Under the pieces are notes generated by a model, which had not been told where the DNA came from, ran no database searches, and saw only the letters and a list, made by a program, of their open reading frames with translations. Position numbers and translations under genes: made by a program. Source: Candidatus Methanosuratincola verstraetei (GTDB lineage: Archaea; Thermoproteota; Methanomethylicia; Methanomethylicales; Methanomethylicaceae). From it: a stretch of DNA of 64,000 nucleotides. Of the stretch, positions 10,145 to 19,527 are shown one piece after another. The DNA is taken from contig CP186953.1 in NCBI GenBank assembly GCA_049570475.1, positions 1,457,744 to 1,521,743 of the forward strand, in the 5' to 3' direction. Positions within the stretch are counted from its first letter, which is position 1. Every line of letters starts with the position of its first letter.

Positions 10145-11251
10145 GTGCCAAAAATAAAAACAATCGGTGCACTAGCCGTCATTGCTTTAGCAATAAGCCT
10201 AGTTACCGCTGCTTTGGTATTTTCAAACAACAGCACTCTTTCTGCGCTCGACTCCCGGCTGATCGCAATGAACTCGACGCTAAACAATCTCAAGGGCGAA
10301 CTTAGCTCTCTCCAGGATGAGCTGAATATAGTCAGGGCTTCCTATTACCCTCTCGTGATTGAAGATGCGCTGGGAAGGGTAGTGACGATAAAATCAGAAC
10401 CAACAAGGATAGTCTCTGGAGCGCCGTCAATCACCGAGACCCTCTTTGCGCTAGGGCTTTCAAGCAGAGTAGTGGGCGCCGATTCATACTCGAATTACCC
10501 AAGCGAGTTTCTCCAGCTGAAGGCGCAGGGCAAGATAGCAATTGTAGGCGGGGTCACGACGCTAGACCCTGAAAAAGTTGCTGCCCAGAAGCCAGATCTC
10601 GTTGTCATAGATGCAAGCCTCCAAGGCAAGTTCATCCCTGCGCTCGAAAGCCTGGGGCTTACGGTTGTAGCGCTTGATACAAAGAGCGTCGAAAGCGCAA
10701 AGAGCAACTTCCAGTTGCTTGCAAAGATAACGTACAAGCTGAGCGAAGGCGTAAGAATAGTGGACCGGCTTAACACAGCCATCCAGAACGTCTCTGGGAA
10801 AGTCTCTGGGTCAAGTCCAACAAAAGTGCTCTTCGTGGTTTGGCATGACCCTATGTATGCCGCCGGAAACGGAACATACCTGGGGGAATTGATCTCGATT
10901 GCAGGCGGAGTAAATATTGCAGGCAACAGGACTGGATGGGTCGTTGTAAATCCTGAGCAGGTAGTAGCTGCAAACCCTGACGTATTGATAATGAGCTCGA
11001 TGTCTCTGCCAATGAATCCAGAACAGGTTTTTGCTTATTTCAGATCGCTGCCCGGATTCGAAAATGTCAATGCGGTGAGGAATAACAGGGTTTACATTCT
11101 TACTGAGGATGCTTCGAACGCGTTGGAGAGGGCAGGACCGAGGCTGGTCGATGGCGTTTACATACTGGGATACATACTCCATCCCGAAGCCTTCAAGGTC
11201 CAGCTGCCAAACGTGCTCGCCGGGAACTACACAAGCTATTTGGGGAGATAG
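10145..11251 (+). CDS. btuF: Cobalamin/corrinoid ABC transporter substrate-binding protein
   Basis: N-terminal TM and coiled coil; EDALGRVV..PTRIVS.APSITETLFALG; AVRNNRVY; GPRLVDG; heads a cob operon. Confidence 0.85.
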   Translation: MPKIKTIGALAVIALAISLVTAALVFSNNSTLSALDSRLIAMNSTLNNLKGELSSLQDELNIVRASYYPLVIEDALGRVVTIKSEPTRIVSGAPSITETLFALGLSSRVVGADSYSNYPSEFLQLKAQGKIAIVGGVTTLDPEKVAAQKPDLVVIDASLQGKFIPALESLGLTVVALDTKSVESAKSNFQLLAKITYKLSEGVRIVDRLNTAIQNVSGKVSGSSPTKVLFVVWHDPMYAAGNGTYLGELISIAGGVNIAGNRTGWVVVNPEQVVAANPDVLIMSSMSLPMNPEQVFAYFRSLPGFENVNAVRNNRVYILTEDASNALERAGPRLVDGVYILGYILHPEAFKVQLPNVLAGNYTSYLGR

Positions 11252-12273
11252 TGCCATTGCATGCACAGCCGGTTAACAAGAGGCTTAGGCTTTCCCTCTA
11301 CGTCATAACCCTATCCATTTTTTTTAGCCTGGCCTTCATGATTTCGGTAATGATTGGAACTATGCAGCTCTCGCCATTCGAGGTTGCCGATTCGATCATC
11401 AACCCTAACAGCGACCCTGTAGCCAGGAGCATAGTGTTGGGATACAGGATACCGCGCATCCTGTTCGCATCGCTGACAGGCTTTGTTCTGGGCGTCTCTG
11501 GAGGGGTGATACAGACGCTCACTAGAAACCCGCTTGCAGACCCGTACATAACCGGGATGTCCTCCGGCGCCGCCCTAGGGGCCGCAATCGCTTTTGTCGT
11601 TCCATTTTTGCCGTACTATGCGGTTCCAATCATGGCGTTCTTGGGTGGAGTCTCGATGCTTTTGTTGTCGATATTCCTTGCGAAGAAGGCTGGAGCGGGA
11701 CCGATAGGGTTTATTCTTGCTGGAGTAGCTGTGGGCACCTTCGCAAGCGCGATACTTATGGTAGTCCTAGCGCTCGCATCCGAAAAGTCACATGGCATAC
11801 TCTACTGGCTCTTCGGATCCTTCTCAACCTCCACATGGGGCGATTTACAGACTGCATCTGCAGTCTCGATGCCTGCCATAATATTTGCACTATATAAAGC
11901 AAGGGATCTCAATATACTGCTTCTAGGAGAAGAACACGCAGCCCAGCTTGGGATCGACTCAAGGCGATTGTGGCTCCTAATGCTACTGCTATCGAGCCTA
12001 GCCGTGTCTGCCTGCGTCTCGTTCTGCGGCATAATTGGTTTCATAGGTCTCGTTGCGCCTCACATGGTGAGGTTAACCATAGGGTCTGACAATAGGTTTG
12101 TTCTCCCCCTTGCGGGCTTCACAGGTTCCCTGCTCATAGTTATTGCAGACAATATAGTGAGGAATCCGCTAAACCCAATAGCGGAGATGCCCGTGGGGAG
12201 CGTCACGTCGATGATAGGCGTCCCGTTCTTCGTATATCTCCTGATAAAGAAGGGTAAGAGCTTTGGCATGTAA
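11251..12273 (+). CDS. btuC: FecCD/BtuC-family ABC permease
   Basis: RIPRI, RNPLADPYITGMSSGA, GEEHAAQLG, IGFIGLVAPH. Confidence 0.9.
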   Translation: MPLHAQPVNKRLRLSLYVITLSIFFSLAFMISVMIGTMQLSPFEVADSIINPNSDPVARSIVLGYRIPRILFASLTGFVLGVSGGVIQTLTRNPLADPYITGMSSGAALGAAIAFVVPFLPYYAVPIMAFLGGVSMLLLSIFLAKKAGAGPIGFILAGVAVGTFASAILMVVLALASEKSHGILYWLFGSFSTSTWGDLQTASAVSMPAIIFALYKARDLNILLLGEEHAAQLGIDSRRLWLLMLLLSSLAVSACVSFCGIIGFIGLVAPHMVRLTIGSDNRFVLPLAGFTGSLLIVIADNIVRNPLNPIAEMPVGSVTSMIGVPFFVYLLIKKGKSFGM

Positions 12274-13075
12274 TTTGGTTGTTGATGGAATTAGGGTTGA
12301 AATCGGATCCTGCAAGATACTTGACAATATCGAGATCAGGGTCGGGGGAGGGGAGATTCTGGCTATAATTGGTCCCAACGGATCTGGGAAGACCACCCTA
12401 CTCAAGTGCATTTCTAGAACCATCAGCCCTGTCAGTGGGGAGATAATTGTCTGCGGCAGGCCTGCTAGGGAGTACAGCAATCGCGAGTACTCCAAAACAG
12501 TCAGCGCAATGCTTCCACAGTGGCCCAGCGGATTCAGCATGAAATCCTACGAGATAGTCCTGATGGGCTGCCGTAACCAGTCTACTGGAGTTTGGTGGGA
12601 GGGTGAAAAAGAGCTCGAGGTCGCACGTGCAGCCTTGGGCGTTCTGAACGCCATGGATCTATATGAAAGGGATTTTGATACGCTCAGCAGCGGGGAGCAG
12701 AGGAAGGTCCTTATCGCCAAATCGTTGGCGCAGAGGACTGGGATAATATTGTTGGACGAGCCTGTTGCATACCTCGACATGAAGCACAAGCTTGAGGTCA
12801 TGACCGTCCTCAGGGCCCTTGCAGACATGGGGAAGACCGTCCTGGTGACTCTTCACGAGATAGACTTGGCATCAAAGTACTGCGAGAATGTGGTGGTTCT
12901 AAGCGAGGGCAAGGTAGTGGCTGCCGGAAAGCCGAGGGAGGTAATCACATCTGAACTCTTGAGCAGCGTTTACGGGGTCGAGGCGGTGGTCAAGTGGGAT
13001 GAAGAGATCGACTACCCTGTAATTGTACCAAAGACAGGGCGCCTTCAGAGAGGGGAGATATCTTGCCTAATGTGA
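12263..13075 (+). CDS. btuD: ABC transporter ATP-binding protein
   Basis: GPNGSGKTT, LSSGEQRK, LLDEP, H-loop LHEIDLA. Confidence 0.9.
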   Translation: MACNLVVDGIRVEIGSCKILDNIEIRVGGGEILAIIGPNGSGKTTLLKCISRTISPVSGEIIVCGRPAREYSNREYSKTVSAMLPQWPSGFSMKSYEIVLMGCRNQSTGVWWEGEKELEVARAALGVLNAMDLYERDFDTLSSGEQRKVLIAKSLAQRTGIILLDEPVAYLDMKHKLEVMTVLRALADMGKTVLVTLHEIDLASKYCENVVVLSEGKVVAAGKPREVITSELLSSVYGVEAVVKWDEEIDYPVIVPKTGRLQRGEISCLM

Positions 13076-14022
13076 ACCCGAAGGAGATGCTCTTCTGCCT
13101 ACTGAGGGACGCGATCCTGAGGCGGAAACCTGACGGCGTTGTGCTTTCAGGAGGCATTGACAGCAGCCTGATCGCCGCTCTCACCCCTAAGGGTATGATT
13201 AGACTTGGAGTGACCGCAGCCTTTGAAGGCTCAGAAGCTCATGATAGAGCCTACTCAAAAATGGTTGCTGATAGGCTCGGGATAAGGCATGCCATTGTTG
13301 AGTACGGGATGGATGAAGCAGCCGGTGCTGCAAGAGAGATTGTGAGGCTGCTTAGGACATTCGACCATGTTGAGATAAGGAACGACATAACGATCTACAT
13401 CGCAATGAAATTCTGCCGAGATGAAGGCATAGGATGTGTGATGACCGGCGACGGCGGGGATGAACTTTTTGCAGGTTACGACTATATGCTGAAGATGAGA
13501 GAACGCGATCTAATAGACTACACCGATTCCCTTATCGACAAGTGGTCTTTCTCTTCGAGCCGGCTGGGGACGCATTTGGGAATTGAGGTCTCTCAGCCAT
13601 ACCTTGATCCCGGAGTGATCGAGTTCGCACGCCAATTGCCTTACGAATGGAGGGTGCGCCGGTCCGGCAAGGTCCTAGGAAAATGGATTCTCAGATCTCT
13701 GCTCGAAGAGCTTGGTTTCCCAGAGATAGCATGCAGAAGTAAGGAGCCTATTGAGCTCGGGAGCGGGAGCGAGTCTATATCAAGGCTTCTGAACGAGGCC
13801 TTGGGAGACGAGGCTGATGATATTGTCGCCGAGGCCCTAGACGACGGGGTACGGTTCTGGAGCAAAGAACAGGCTTACTTCTACAAAATATACAAGGAGA
13901 TCTTTGGCAAAGTGCCGCGGGCATCGATCCGCGACCAAGCCTGCGCCTGCTGCGGCGCTGCCCTGGATTCGAGAAGGATGGTTTGCAGTTACTGCGGGTT
14001 TAGCAATGGTTCTAATTGGTGA
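13063..14022 (+). CDS. Asparagine synthase-like PP-loop ligase (synthetase domain only) with C-terminal Zn ribbon
   Basis: LSGGIDSS, TGDGGDELFAGY, KWILR; no N-terminal Ntn glutaminase domain; CACCG...CSYCG tail. Confidence 0.85.
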   Translation: MPNVNPKEMLFCLLRDAILRRKPDGVVLSGGIDSSLIAALTPKGMIRLGVTAAFEGSEAHDRAYSKMVADRLGIRHAIVEYGMDEAAGAAREIVRLLRTFDHVEIRNDITIYIAMKFCRDEGIGCVMTGDGGDELFAGYDYMLKMRERDLIDYTDSLIDKWSFSSSRLGTHLGIEVSQPYLDPGVIEFARQLPYEWRVRRSGKVLGKWILRSLLEELGFPEIACRSKEPIELGSGSESISRLLNEALGDEADDIVAEALDDGVRFWSKEQAYFYKIYKEIFGKVPRASIRDQACACCGAALDSRRMVCSYCGFSNGSNW

Positions 14023-14028
14023 GTAATT

Positions 14029-14691
14029 TTGCGGGGCTTGGCGTTTTTCTCAGGAGGCAAAGACTCCGTCTTTTCATTAATGAAGGCAAAGCAGAACGGC
14101 GTCCCTGTCGACTACCTGCTCTTCAACACCCACGAATTCCAGATCCCGAACGTCCACGAAATAAACATCTGCCTCGTTAGGGCGATGGCCGATCTCATTG
14201 GGATCCCACTAAAGGTTCTCCATCTTGAGCCTGGTAGGGAGCACGAGGTGCTTTCAAGGCTAATATGCCAACTCAACATTGGAGTGGTGACTGTAGGCAA
14301 CATCAATGTCATGGACCAGTTGGAATGGTACGAAAAGCTTTGCAAAGATTCAGGTGCAGCTCTGTACGCCCCCTTGTGGGCCGGCGCTGGCAGTTCGAGT
14401 CTTTCGGCACTGATGGATTTGATTAAATCTGGAGTGAAAGCGATGATCTTCAGCGTAAAGAAGCCAGCCCTATCAGAAGAATTCCTGGGTCGTATCATCG
14501 ACCCTGTTCTAGCGAGGGACTTGGCGAGGCTAATAGATCCTTGTGGCGAAGGTGGCGAATACCATACGCTAGTTTTGGATGCGCCGATCATGTCAGGCCG
14601 ATTGTCGATCGGTGAATGCTCAACCATAGAATTCGGTGATCGACTCATGCTTGAAGTTAAGAAGTTCAGGGTGGAGGCTAAAAATGATTGA
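14029..14691 (+). CDS. Diphthine-ammonia ligase (Dph6/MJ0570)-like PP-loop ATPase
   Basis: FFSGGKDS, YAPLW, FLGR, DPCGEGGEYHTLV. Confidence 0.85.
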   Translation: MRGLAFFSGGKDSVFSLMKAKQNGVPVDYLLFNTHEFQIPNVHEINICLVRAMADLIGIPLKVLHLEPGREHEVLSRLICQLNIGVVTVGNINVMDQLEWYEKLCKDSGAALYAPLWAGAGSSSLSALMDLIKSGVKAMIFSVKKPALSEEFLGRIIDPVLARDLARLIDPCGEGGEYHTLVLDAPIMSGRLSIGECSTIEFGDRLMLEVKKFRVEAKND

Positions 14692-16072
14692 TCCTGTTGC
14701 AAGGCATGGTGGGGATGCAATCGAGGTGAGCAGGAGGCTGGGGCTGCCATTGGATTCAATGCTGGATTTCAGTCTCAATGTCAACCCGTACGGCCCGCCA
14801 TCCTCGGTTTATGACGCGATTAAGGCTCATTCCACTCAAATCCGCTACTATCCTGAGAGATCTTACCGCAGGCTGAAGTCTTCGATCTCGGGCTTCGTGG
14901 GACTGGAGGCGGAGTACGTGATCGTGGGGTGCGGCAGTACCGAGCTAATACACTCGATACTCTCAAGGTTCGTCCGCAAAGGCCCAGTGGTGCTGCCCCT
15001 CCCGTCCTTCAGTGAGTACGAGGCCGCCGCCGCAGCACTGGGCCTCGAGACACGATTCATCAACCCCGACGGGTTGAAAGTCGACCTGCATAGCATTTTG
15101 GCCCTAGTCGAGGAAGGTGTCGCCAGGTGCGTAATCCTTTGCAACCCTAACAACCCGACAGGTGAATTTTTGGATCTTGGGCTCGTCAAGGAACTGATTG
15201 AATCGGCAGAGGAGAGGGGAGTGACGATCTTGTTAGACGAGGCCTATATTGATCTCTGCGAGGGGTCGGAGAGCTTAACCCTCGCGCATGCTGTGAGGGA
15301 GTTCCGCAACCTGTTCGTCCTGAGATCGCTCACAAAGCCCTTTGGGTTCCCCGGATTAAGGGTCGGCTACGCTGTATGCAACCCTGCCTCAGCGAGGGAG
15401 TTCGAGTCTACCGCAATGAGCTGGCGGGTAGGGGTACTTGAGGAAGCGGCTGCAGTCTCTGCCCTTCAAGAGAGTGGATTCCTACAGGAGTCGAAGAAAA
15501 AGATACGCCTTGAAAAGGAGAAACTGTTTAGGGACATTGGATCCATAAGAGGCTTGCGCCCCATTGAATCGGTGTCGAATTTCATGATGGTTGATATCTC
15601 TGGCGCAGGTCTTGCCCCGAGGAACCTGAGGTGGCGCCTGCTCTCCTACGGCGTCCTGGTAAGGGAACTGGGCTCGGTGAAGGGGCTGCCTGGCAATTTC
15701 ATTAGGGTCTGCGTCAGGCGTCCCGAGGAGAACCGTTTCCTCTTGGAGGCGCTGAGGAACGTGATCAGCTCACTCGACAAGATGCACCCGCACAACATGG
15801 TCTGCGAAGAAAAGAAATGCCATCAAAAGGTGGAAGACTGCCGACTCTGCTTCTGCCCATTCTACCCATGCCTTGACAATGCAACAGGTGGGGCTTTCGT
15901 GGTCAGGGCGAACGGAGGGGTCGTCTGGGGATGCAAGGACTGCAGCTGGGTGCACCGCACTGATGTGGCAGAAGCTTTGGTGGATGGGCTTTCGCGCATA
16001 AACACAAGGTCTGATGATCCTGAAACAATCCTCAACGTAAGGAGGCGAGTGCTCGAAACATGCCCGCCTTGA
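14684..16072 (+). CDS. cobD: L-threonine-O-3-phosphate decarboxylase CobD fused to a C-terminal Cys-rich metal-binding domain
   Basis: HGG, DFSLNVNPYG, CNPNNPTG, LDEAY, SLTKPFGFPGLRVGY (PLP Lys); tail CRLCFCPFYPC...WGCKDC..H. Confidence 0.9.
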   Translation: MIDPVARHGGDAIEVSRRLGLPLDSMLDFSLNVNPYGPPSSVYDAIKAHSTQIRYYPERSYRRLKSSISGFVGLEAEYVIVGCGSTELIHSILSRFVRKGPVVLPLPSFSEYEAAAAALGLETRFINPDGLKVDLHSILALVEEGVARCVILCNPNNPTGEFLDLGLVKELIESAEERGVTILLDEAYIDLCEGSESLTLAHAVREFRNLFVLRSLTKPFGFPGLRVGYAVCNPASAREFESTAMSWRVGVLEEAAAVSALQESGFLQESKKKIRLEKEKLFRDIGSIRGLRPIESVSNFMMVDISGAGLAPRNLRWRLLSYGVLVRELGSVKGLPGNFIRVCVRRPEENRFLLEALRNVISSLDKMHPHNMVCEEKKCHQKVEDCRLCFCPFYPCLDNATGGAFVVRANGGVVWGCKDCSWVHRTDVAEALVDGLSRINTRSDDPETILNVRRRVLETCPP

Positions 16073-17010
16073 CTGATTCACTGCTGACTCTTTGGCTCGC
16101 CCTTATGATCGATTTGCTTTTAGGCGAGCCCCCAGGAAACCTGCACCTTACCGTGTGGGCTGGAAAATCGATCGAGAAGCTTGAACCCAGCTTTAGGAAG
16201 ATCTCCAAGGATGAACGGATCGGAGGCGCGGCGATGGCCATTTCGGTAATTGCTGCCTTCGTGCTGCTTGCAATCTTGGTCACGAGCCTCTCAAGCATAA
16301 GCTGGCCGCTGCATATTCTGGTTTCTGCCTTCTTCCTGAAAATGACATTTGCCCTTAAATGCATGCACAAGCATGTAGCGCCCATAGCCAAGGAACTAGA
16401 CTCTGACTTGGACTCCTCCAGGAAGGCTCTCTCACTCGTAGTCAGGAGGGACACGAAGGTCCTTGACCGCCGCCTTGTTGCCTCGGGAGCTGTAGAAACA
16501 GTGGCAGAGGGATTTGTCGATGGTTTCATATCCCCGATCTTCTATTACTGCGTCTTGGGTTTGCCTGGTGCTGTGGCCTACAGGGTCATAAACACGCTGG
16601 ACTCGATGGTGGGGTACAAGGATGAACGATACCTGAGGTTCGGGCAGTTCTCCGCAAGGCTTGACACAATCGCAAATTACATCCCCTCAAGGCTGACCCC
16701 CTTGATCTTCGCGCTCTCTGCTTTCTTGCTAAAGCAGGACTGGAGGTCATCGATCAAGTTCTGCAGGGCCTACCATGCTTCGACTTCGAGCATCAATGCG
16801 GGGTGGCCAATGTCGTCTATGGCTGGCGCTCTGCGGGTAAGGCTTGAGAAGCCGGGGTGCTATTCGCTCGGGGAGGAGATCGAACCACTGTCATCAGAAA
16901 AGATAAGGGCCTCTCTCAGAATTTATGCTGCATCTGCGATTTTAACCGTTCTTATATTCTCTTCTTTTTTGGTTATCGGAGGGATTATTTATGAGGCGTA
17001 CTTTGTTTGA
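16060..17010 (+). CDS. cbiB: Adenosylcobinamide-phosphate synthase
   Basis: DLLLGEP, VVRRDT, VETVAE..DG, YRVINTLDSMVGY, INAGWPMSSMAGAL. Confidence 0.95.
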   Translation: MPALTDSLLTLWLALMIDLLLGEPPGNLHLTVWAGKSIEKLEPSFRKISKDERIGGAAMAISVIAAFVLLAILVTSLSSISWPLHILVSAFFLKMTFALKCMHKHVAPIAKELDSDLDSSRKALSLVVRRDTKVLDRRLVASGAVETVAEGFVDGFISPIFYYCVLGLPGAVAYRVINTLDSMVGYKDERYLRFGQFSARLDTIANYIPSRLTPLIFALSAFLLKQDWRSSIKFCRAYHASTSSINAGWPMSSMAGALRVRLEKPGCYSLGEEIEPLSSEKIRASLRIYAASAILTVLIFSSFLVIGGIIYEAYFV

Positions 17011-18109
17011 TGGCGTAGAAGCGATATTGAGCCAAGATGCGATCGTTGTCGAGTCCAGCCGCCCGCTGAAAATCTTGAGCTCCGCGCCGGTTAACGGCGG
17101 TCTCCAGGTCTCCTCAAGGATAGTGAACCTCAAAGTCGACAAGAACTTCAGCGGGGATCCGGAGGAACACTTCAGATCCTGGGCAAAGCCATTAGGGTTA
17201 GAAGATGCAGTCTGCTTAATGACCGCAGCAGACTTGACCAAAGCCGAGGTGGCTGAGAGATCCGGAGAGGTGCACGTAGTAGCCCTGGTTACCGCAGGAG
17301 TTTCTAATGCAACTTCTATTGGCGATAAATTTCCATCAGGGACAACCGGGACGATAAATCTCATAATCTTGGTAGACAGAGACCTGACGGATGGGTGCAT
17401 GGCCAATATCGTCATGTCAGCGACAGAGGCAAAGTGCAAGGCGCTATCTTCCCTGGATGTGCGCAGCGCCGCCAGCAGAGAATCCGCCACCGGCACCTCG
17501 TCAGATGCAGTACTCGTCGCGTCTGCTGGCAATGGGGGTGCCCTAAGATACGCGGGGTCCGCCACTGAGCTTGGGAGGCTCGTAGGCGAATGCGTCGAAG
17601 AAGCGGTGAGGAGAGCGGTAATAATGCATGACGGGCTCGTCCCACACCGCCCCCTCCTCTCTAGGCTAGGCGAGCGCGGGATAACTATCGATGATCTTGT
17701 GGAGACGGCGATGGAGATGTACGTGCCTCACCCGAAGTTCACAAGAGAGAGGGCGAAAAAGATTTTTGAGAAATGCCTTCTCGATGCGATGTCAGACGTG
17801 AACATCTCAGCACTCGTCATGGCAGCATTCAGAATGAATGAGGACGGCGAAAGGGGTCTCCTGCCTGGTGTGGACAGCGTGTCCTTCGAGGGAGATCCTG
17901 TTTACCTGGTTGCAGACGAGATATTGGGGATATCGATCGCTCTGCAGATAGCGGGGTACTACGGGCTATTCGAGTTCTACAGGTTCGACAGGAGAAAGCC
18001 AGGGATCCTTCAGAGGCTTCCGCCCTTTGTCGACGACGCAATCGGAGCGCTTTTGGCAGGCGCCTCAAGCCGCATGTACTCTGAGATGCTTAGGGAAAAG
18101 AGGGGCTGA
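16991..18109 (+). CDS. cbiS: Fused adenosylcobinamide amidohydrolase CbiZ / alpha-ribazole-phosphate phosphatase CobZ (CbiS-like)
   Basis: N-half LSSAPVNGG, TAGVSNA, GTIN, TEAK, ATGTSSDA (CbiZ); C-half DVNI, DPVYLVADEILG, F.FYRFDRRKPGI, PPFVDDAIGAL (CobZ/PgpA-like). Confidence 0.82.
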   Translation: MRRTLFDGVEAILSQDAIVVESSRPLKILSSAPVNGGLQVSSRIVNLKVDKNFSGDPEEHFRSWAKPLGLEDAVCLMTAADLTKAEVAERSGEVHVVALVTAGVSNATSIGDKFPSGTTGTINLIILVDRDLTDGCMANIVMSATEAKCKALSSLDVRSAASRESATGTSSDAVLVASAGNGGALRYAGSATELGRLVGECVEEAVRRAVIMHDGLVPHRPLLSRLGERGITIDDLVETAMEMYVPHPKFTRERAKKIFEKCLLDAMSDVNISALVMAAFRMNEDGERGLLPGVDSVSFEGDPVYLVADEILGISIALQIAGYYGLFEFYRFDRRKPGILQRLPPFVDDAIGALLAGASSRMYSEMLREKRG

Positions 18110-18112
18110 AAA

Positions 18113-18865
18113 ATGGGGCTCATAAGAGGCTTAAGGTCAGTGATTTCCTTCCTGACGATCCTGCCTTCTGGGGCAGGGACGATCGATGATATGGCACGAT
18201 ACGCCTTCTTCTTCCCTGCCGCCGGAGCCCTGATAGGAATGATCAGCGGCGGCGCCGGTCTTTTCCTGTTCAAGTTTCTGGATCACAGTCTTGCGGGTTG
18301 GCTCACCCTCCTGACGCTGCTCCTGCTGACTGGCTTCAACCACATTGACGGGGTCCTTGATCTGGGGGACGCCCTCATGGTCAGGGGATCGAGGGAGAGG
18401 CGCCTAGAGATACTGCATGACAAGCACCACGGCATCGGCGGCCATGCCTCACTCTTCTTTTTACTAGTTCTGACCGGGTCTGTGCTTTCGCTGCTTGGGT
18501 CTCACGTATTCCTTGCACTCTTGGTCGCAGAGACGCTGGGCAAGAGCTCGATGGTGATCGCAGGGGGAATGGGCAAGCCGTGCCCCAAGGGGATAGGCAG
18601 CTTGTTCATAACCAAGTTGAGAGAAAGGCTATTCACTAACATTGCCTTAGCAATCGCCATAGCTCTTGCCGTGGCAATCGCCTCGTGCGGACCCTTCTTT
18701 GGCGGGATCCTGCTCTCCGTCTCGATAATATTCTCTGCACTCTGGGTGACGTATCTCCAAAATCTCTTTGGATGCCTCACAGGTGACATGCTCGGGTGCA
18801 CAAGCGAGCTTACGCGGCTTGTGTCGCTCTTCGCATTCATTGTTCTCCAGGGTGCTTTCACATGA
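18113..18865 (+). CDS. cobS: Adenosylcobinamide-GDP ribazoletransferase (cobamide synthase)
   Basis: SFLTILP, TGFNHIDGVLDLGDAL, GCLTGDMLG. Confidence 0.95.
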   Translation: MGLIRGLRSVISFLTILPSGAGTIDDMARYAFFFPAAGALIGMISGGAGLFLFKFLDHSLAGWLTLLTLLLLTGFNHIDGVLDLGDALMVRGSRERRLEILHDKHHGIGGHASLFFLLVLTGSVLSLLGSHVFLALLVAETLGKSSMVIAGGMGKPCPKGIGSLFITKLRERLFTNIALAIAIALAVAIASCGPFFGGILLSVSIIFSALWVTYLQNLFGCLTGDMLGCTSELTRLVSLFAFIVLQGAFT

Positions 18866-19491
18866 AATTCATTGGCTTGGTAATGGCGGGAGGGAGGGGA
18901 AGCCGGCTCAGTGCGCATGTAGAAAAACCAATGTTGAGCGTAGGGAAAATGCCGATGATAATGCGTGTAGTCAGTGCCCTTAACAGGTCACCCTCAATCT
19001 GCAAGGCTTATGTTGCAGTCTCTCCGCACACGCCGGAGACCAAGCGATACGTCCTTTCTCTAGCTGCAGCTTCTGTAGTCGATACGCCTGGTTTTGACTA
19101 CCATGACGACATGCGGTACGCGATAAAAAAGCTTGGCAATGGTTGCTTCGTTGTGGTCTCGGCAGATCTCCCCCTGCTAAAACCTGGGACAATAGAGGCG
19201 GCTACGGCAGCCTACAACGCGCGTGGAAAACCGTCGCTGACTGTCGTTTCTCCACTCCGGCTATTCGAAGAGTTGGGGCTGGATCCGACTTGGGTTCTTG
19301 AAATCGGAGGAGAGAAATTTGTGCCCTGCGGGATAAACATTTTGGATGGGGCGTTGATAGATGAGCCCTACATGGAAGAAAGTTACTTTGTGGTCGATGA
19401 TCCATCGGCGTGCGTCAATGTCAACACCATGCACGACCTTTCTGTAGCCGAAAGGCTGATAAACAATAGGAAGGATAATCCATCCTTATAA
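18862..19491 (+). CDS. cobY: Adenosylcobinamide-phosphate guanylyltransferase
   Basis: MAGGRGSRL..EKP, VSPHTPET, SADLPLL, NVNT; ATG 18862 overlaps the cobS stop (ATGA). Confidence 0.88.
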   Translation: MKFIGLVMAGGRGSRLSAHVEKPMLSVGKMPMIMRVVSALNRSPSICKAYVAVSPHTPETKRYVLSLAAASVVDTPGFDYHDDMRYAIKKLGNGCFVVVSADLPLLKPGTIEAATAAYNARGKPSLTVVSPLRLFEELGLDPTWVLEIGGEKFVPCGINILDGALIDEPYMEESYFVVDDPSACVNVNTMHDLSVAERLINNRKDNPSL

Positions 19492-19503
19492 GAATCCATC
19501 CTT
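19471..19503 (+). repeat. Palindrome AAGGAT-N5-ATCCTT plus tandem AATCCATCCTT upstream of cobT
   Basis: AATCCATCCTT at 19477-19487 and 19493-19503; shares a 15-mer with the btuF promoter. Confidence 0.7.
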
Positions 19504-19527
19504 GTAAGCAATGATGGTGATCATTCT

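Noticed and set aside
10074-10145. Cobalamin riboswitch ahead of btuF
   Set aside because: The gap is 71 bp and only ~35 bp separate TATA and start codon, too short; no B12-box seen.
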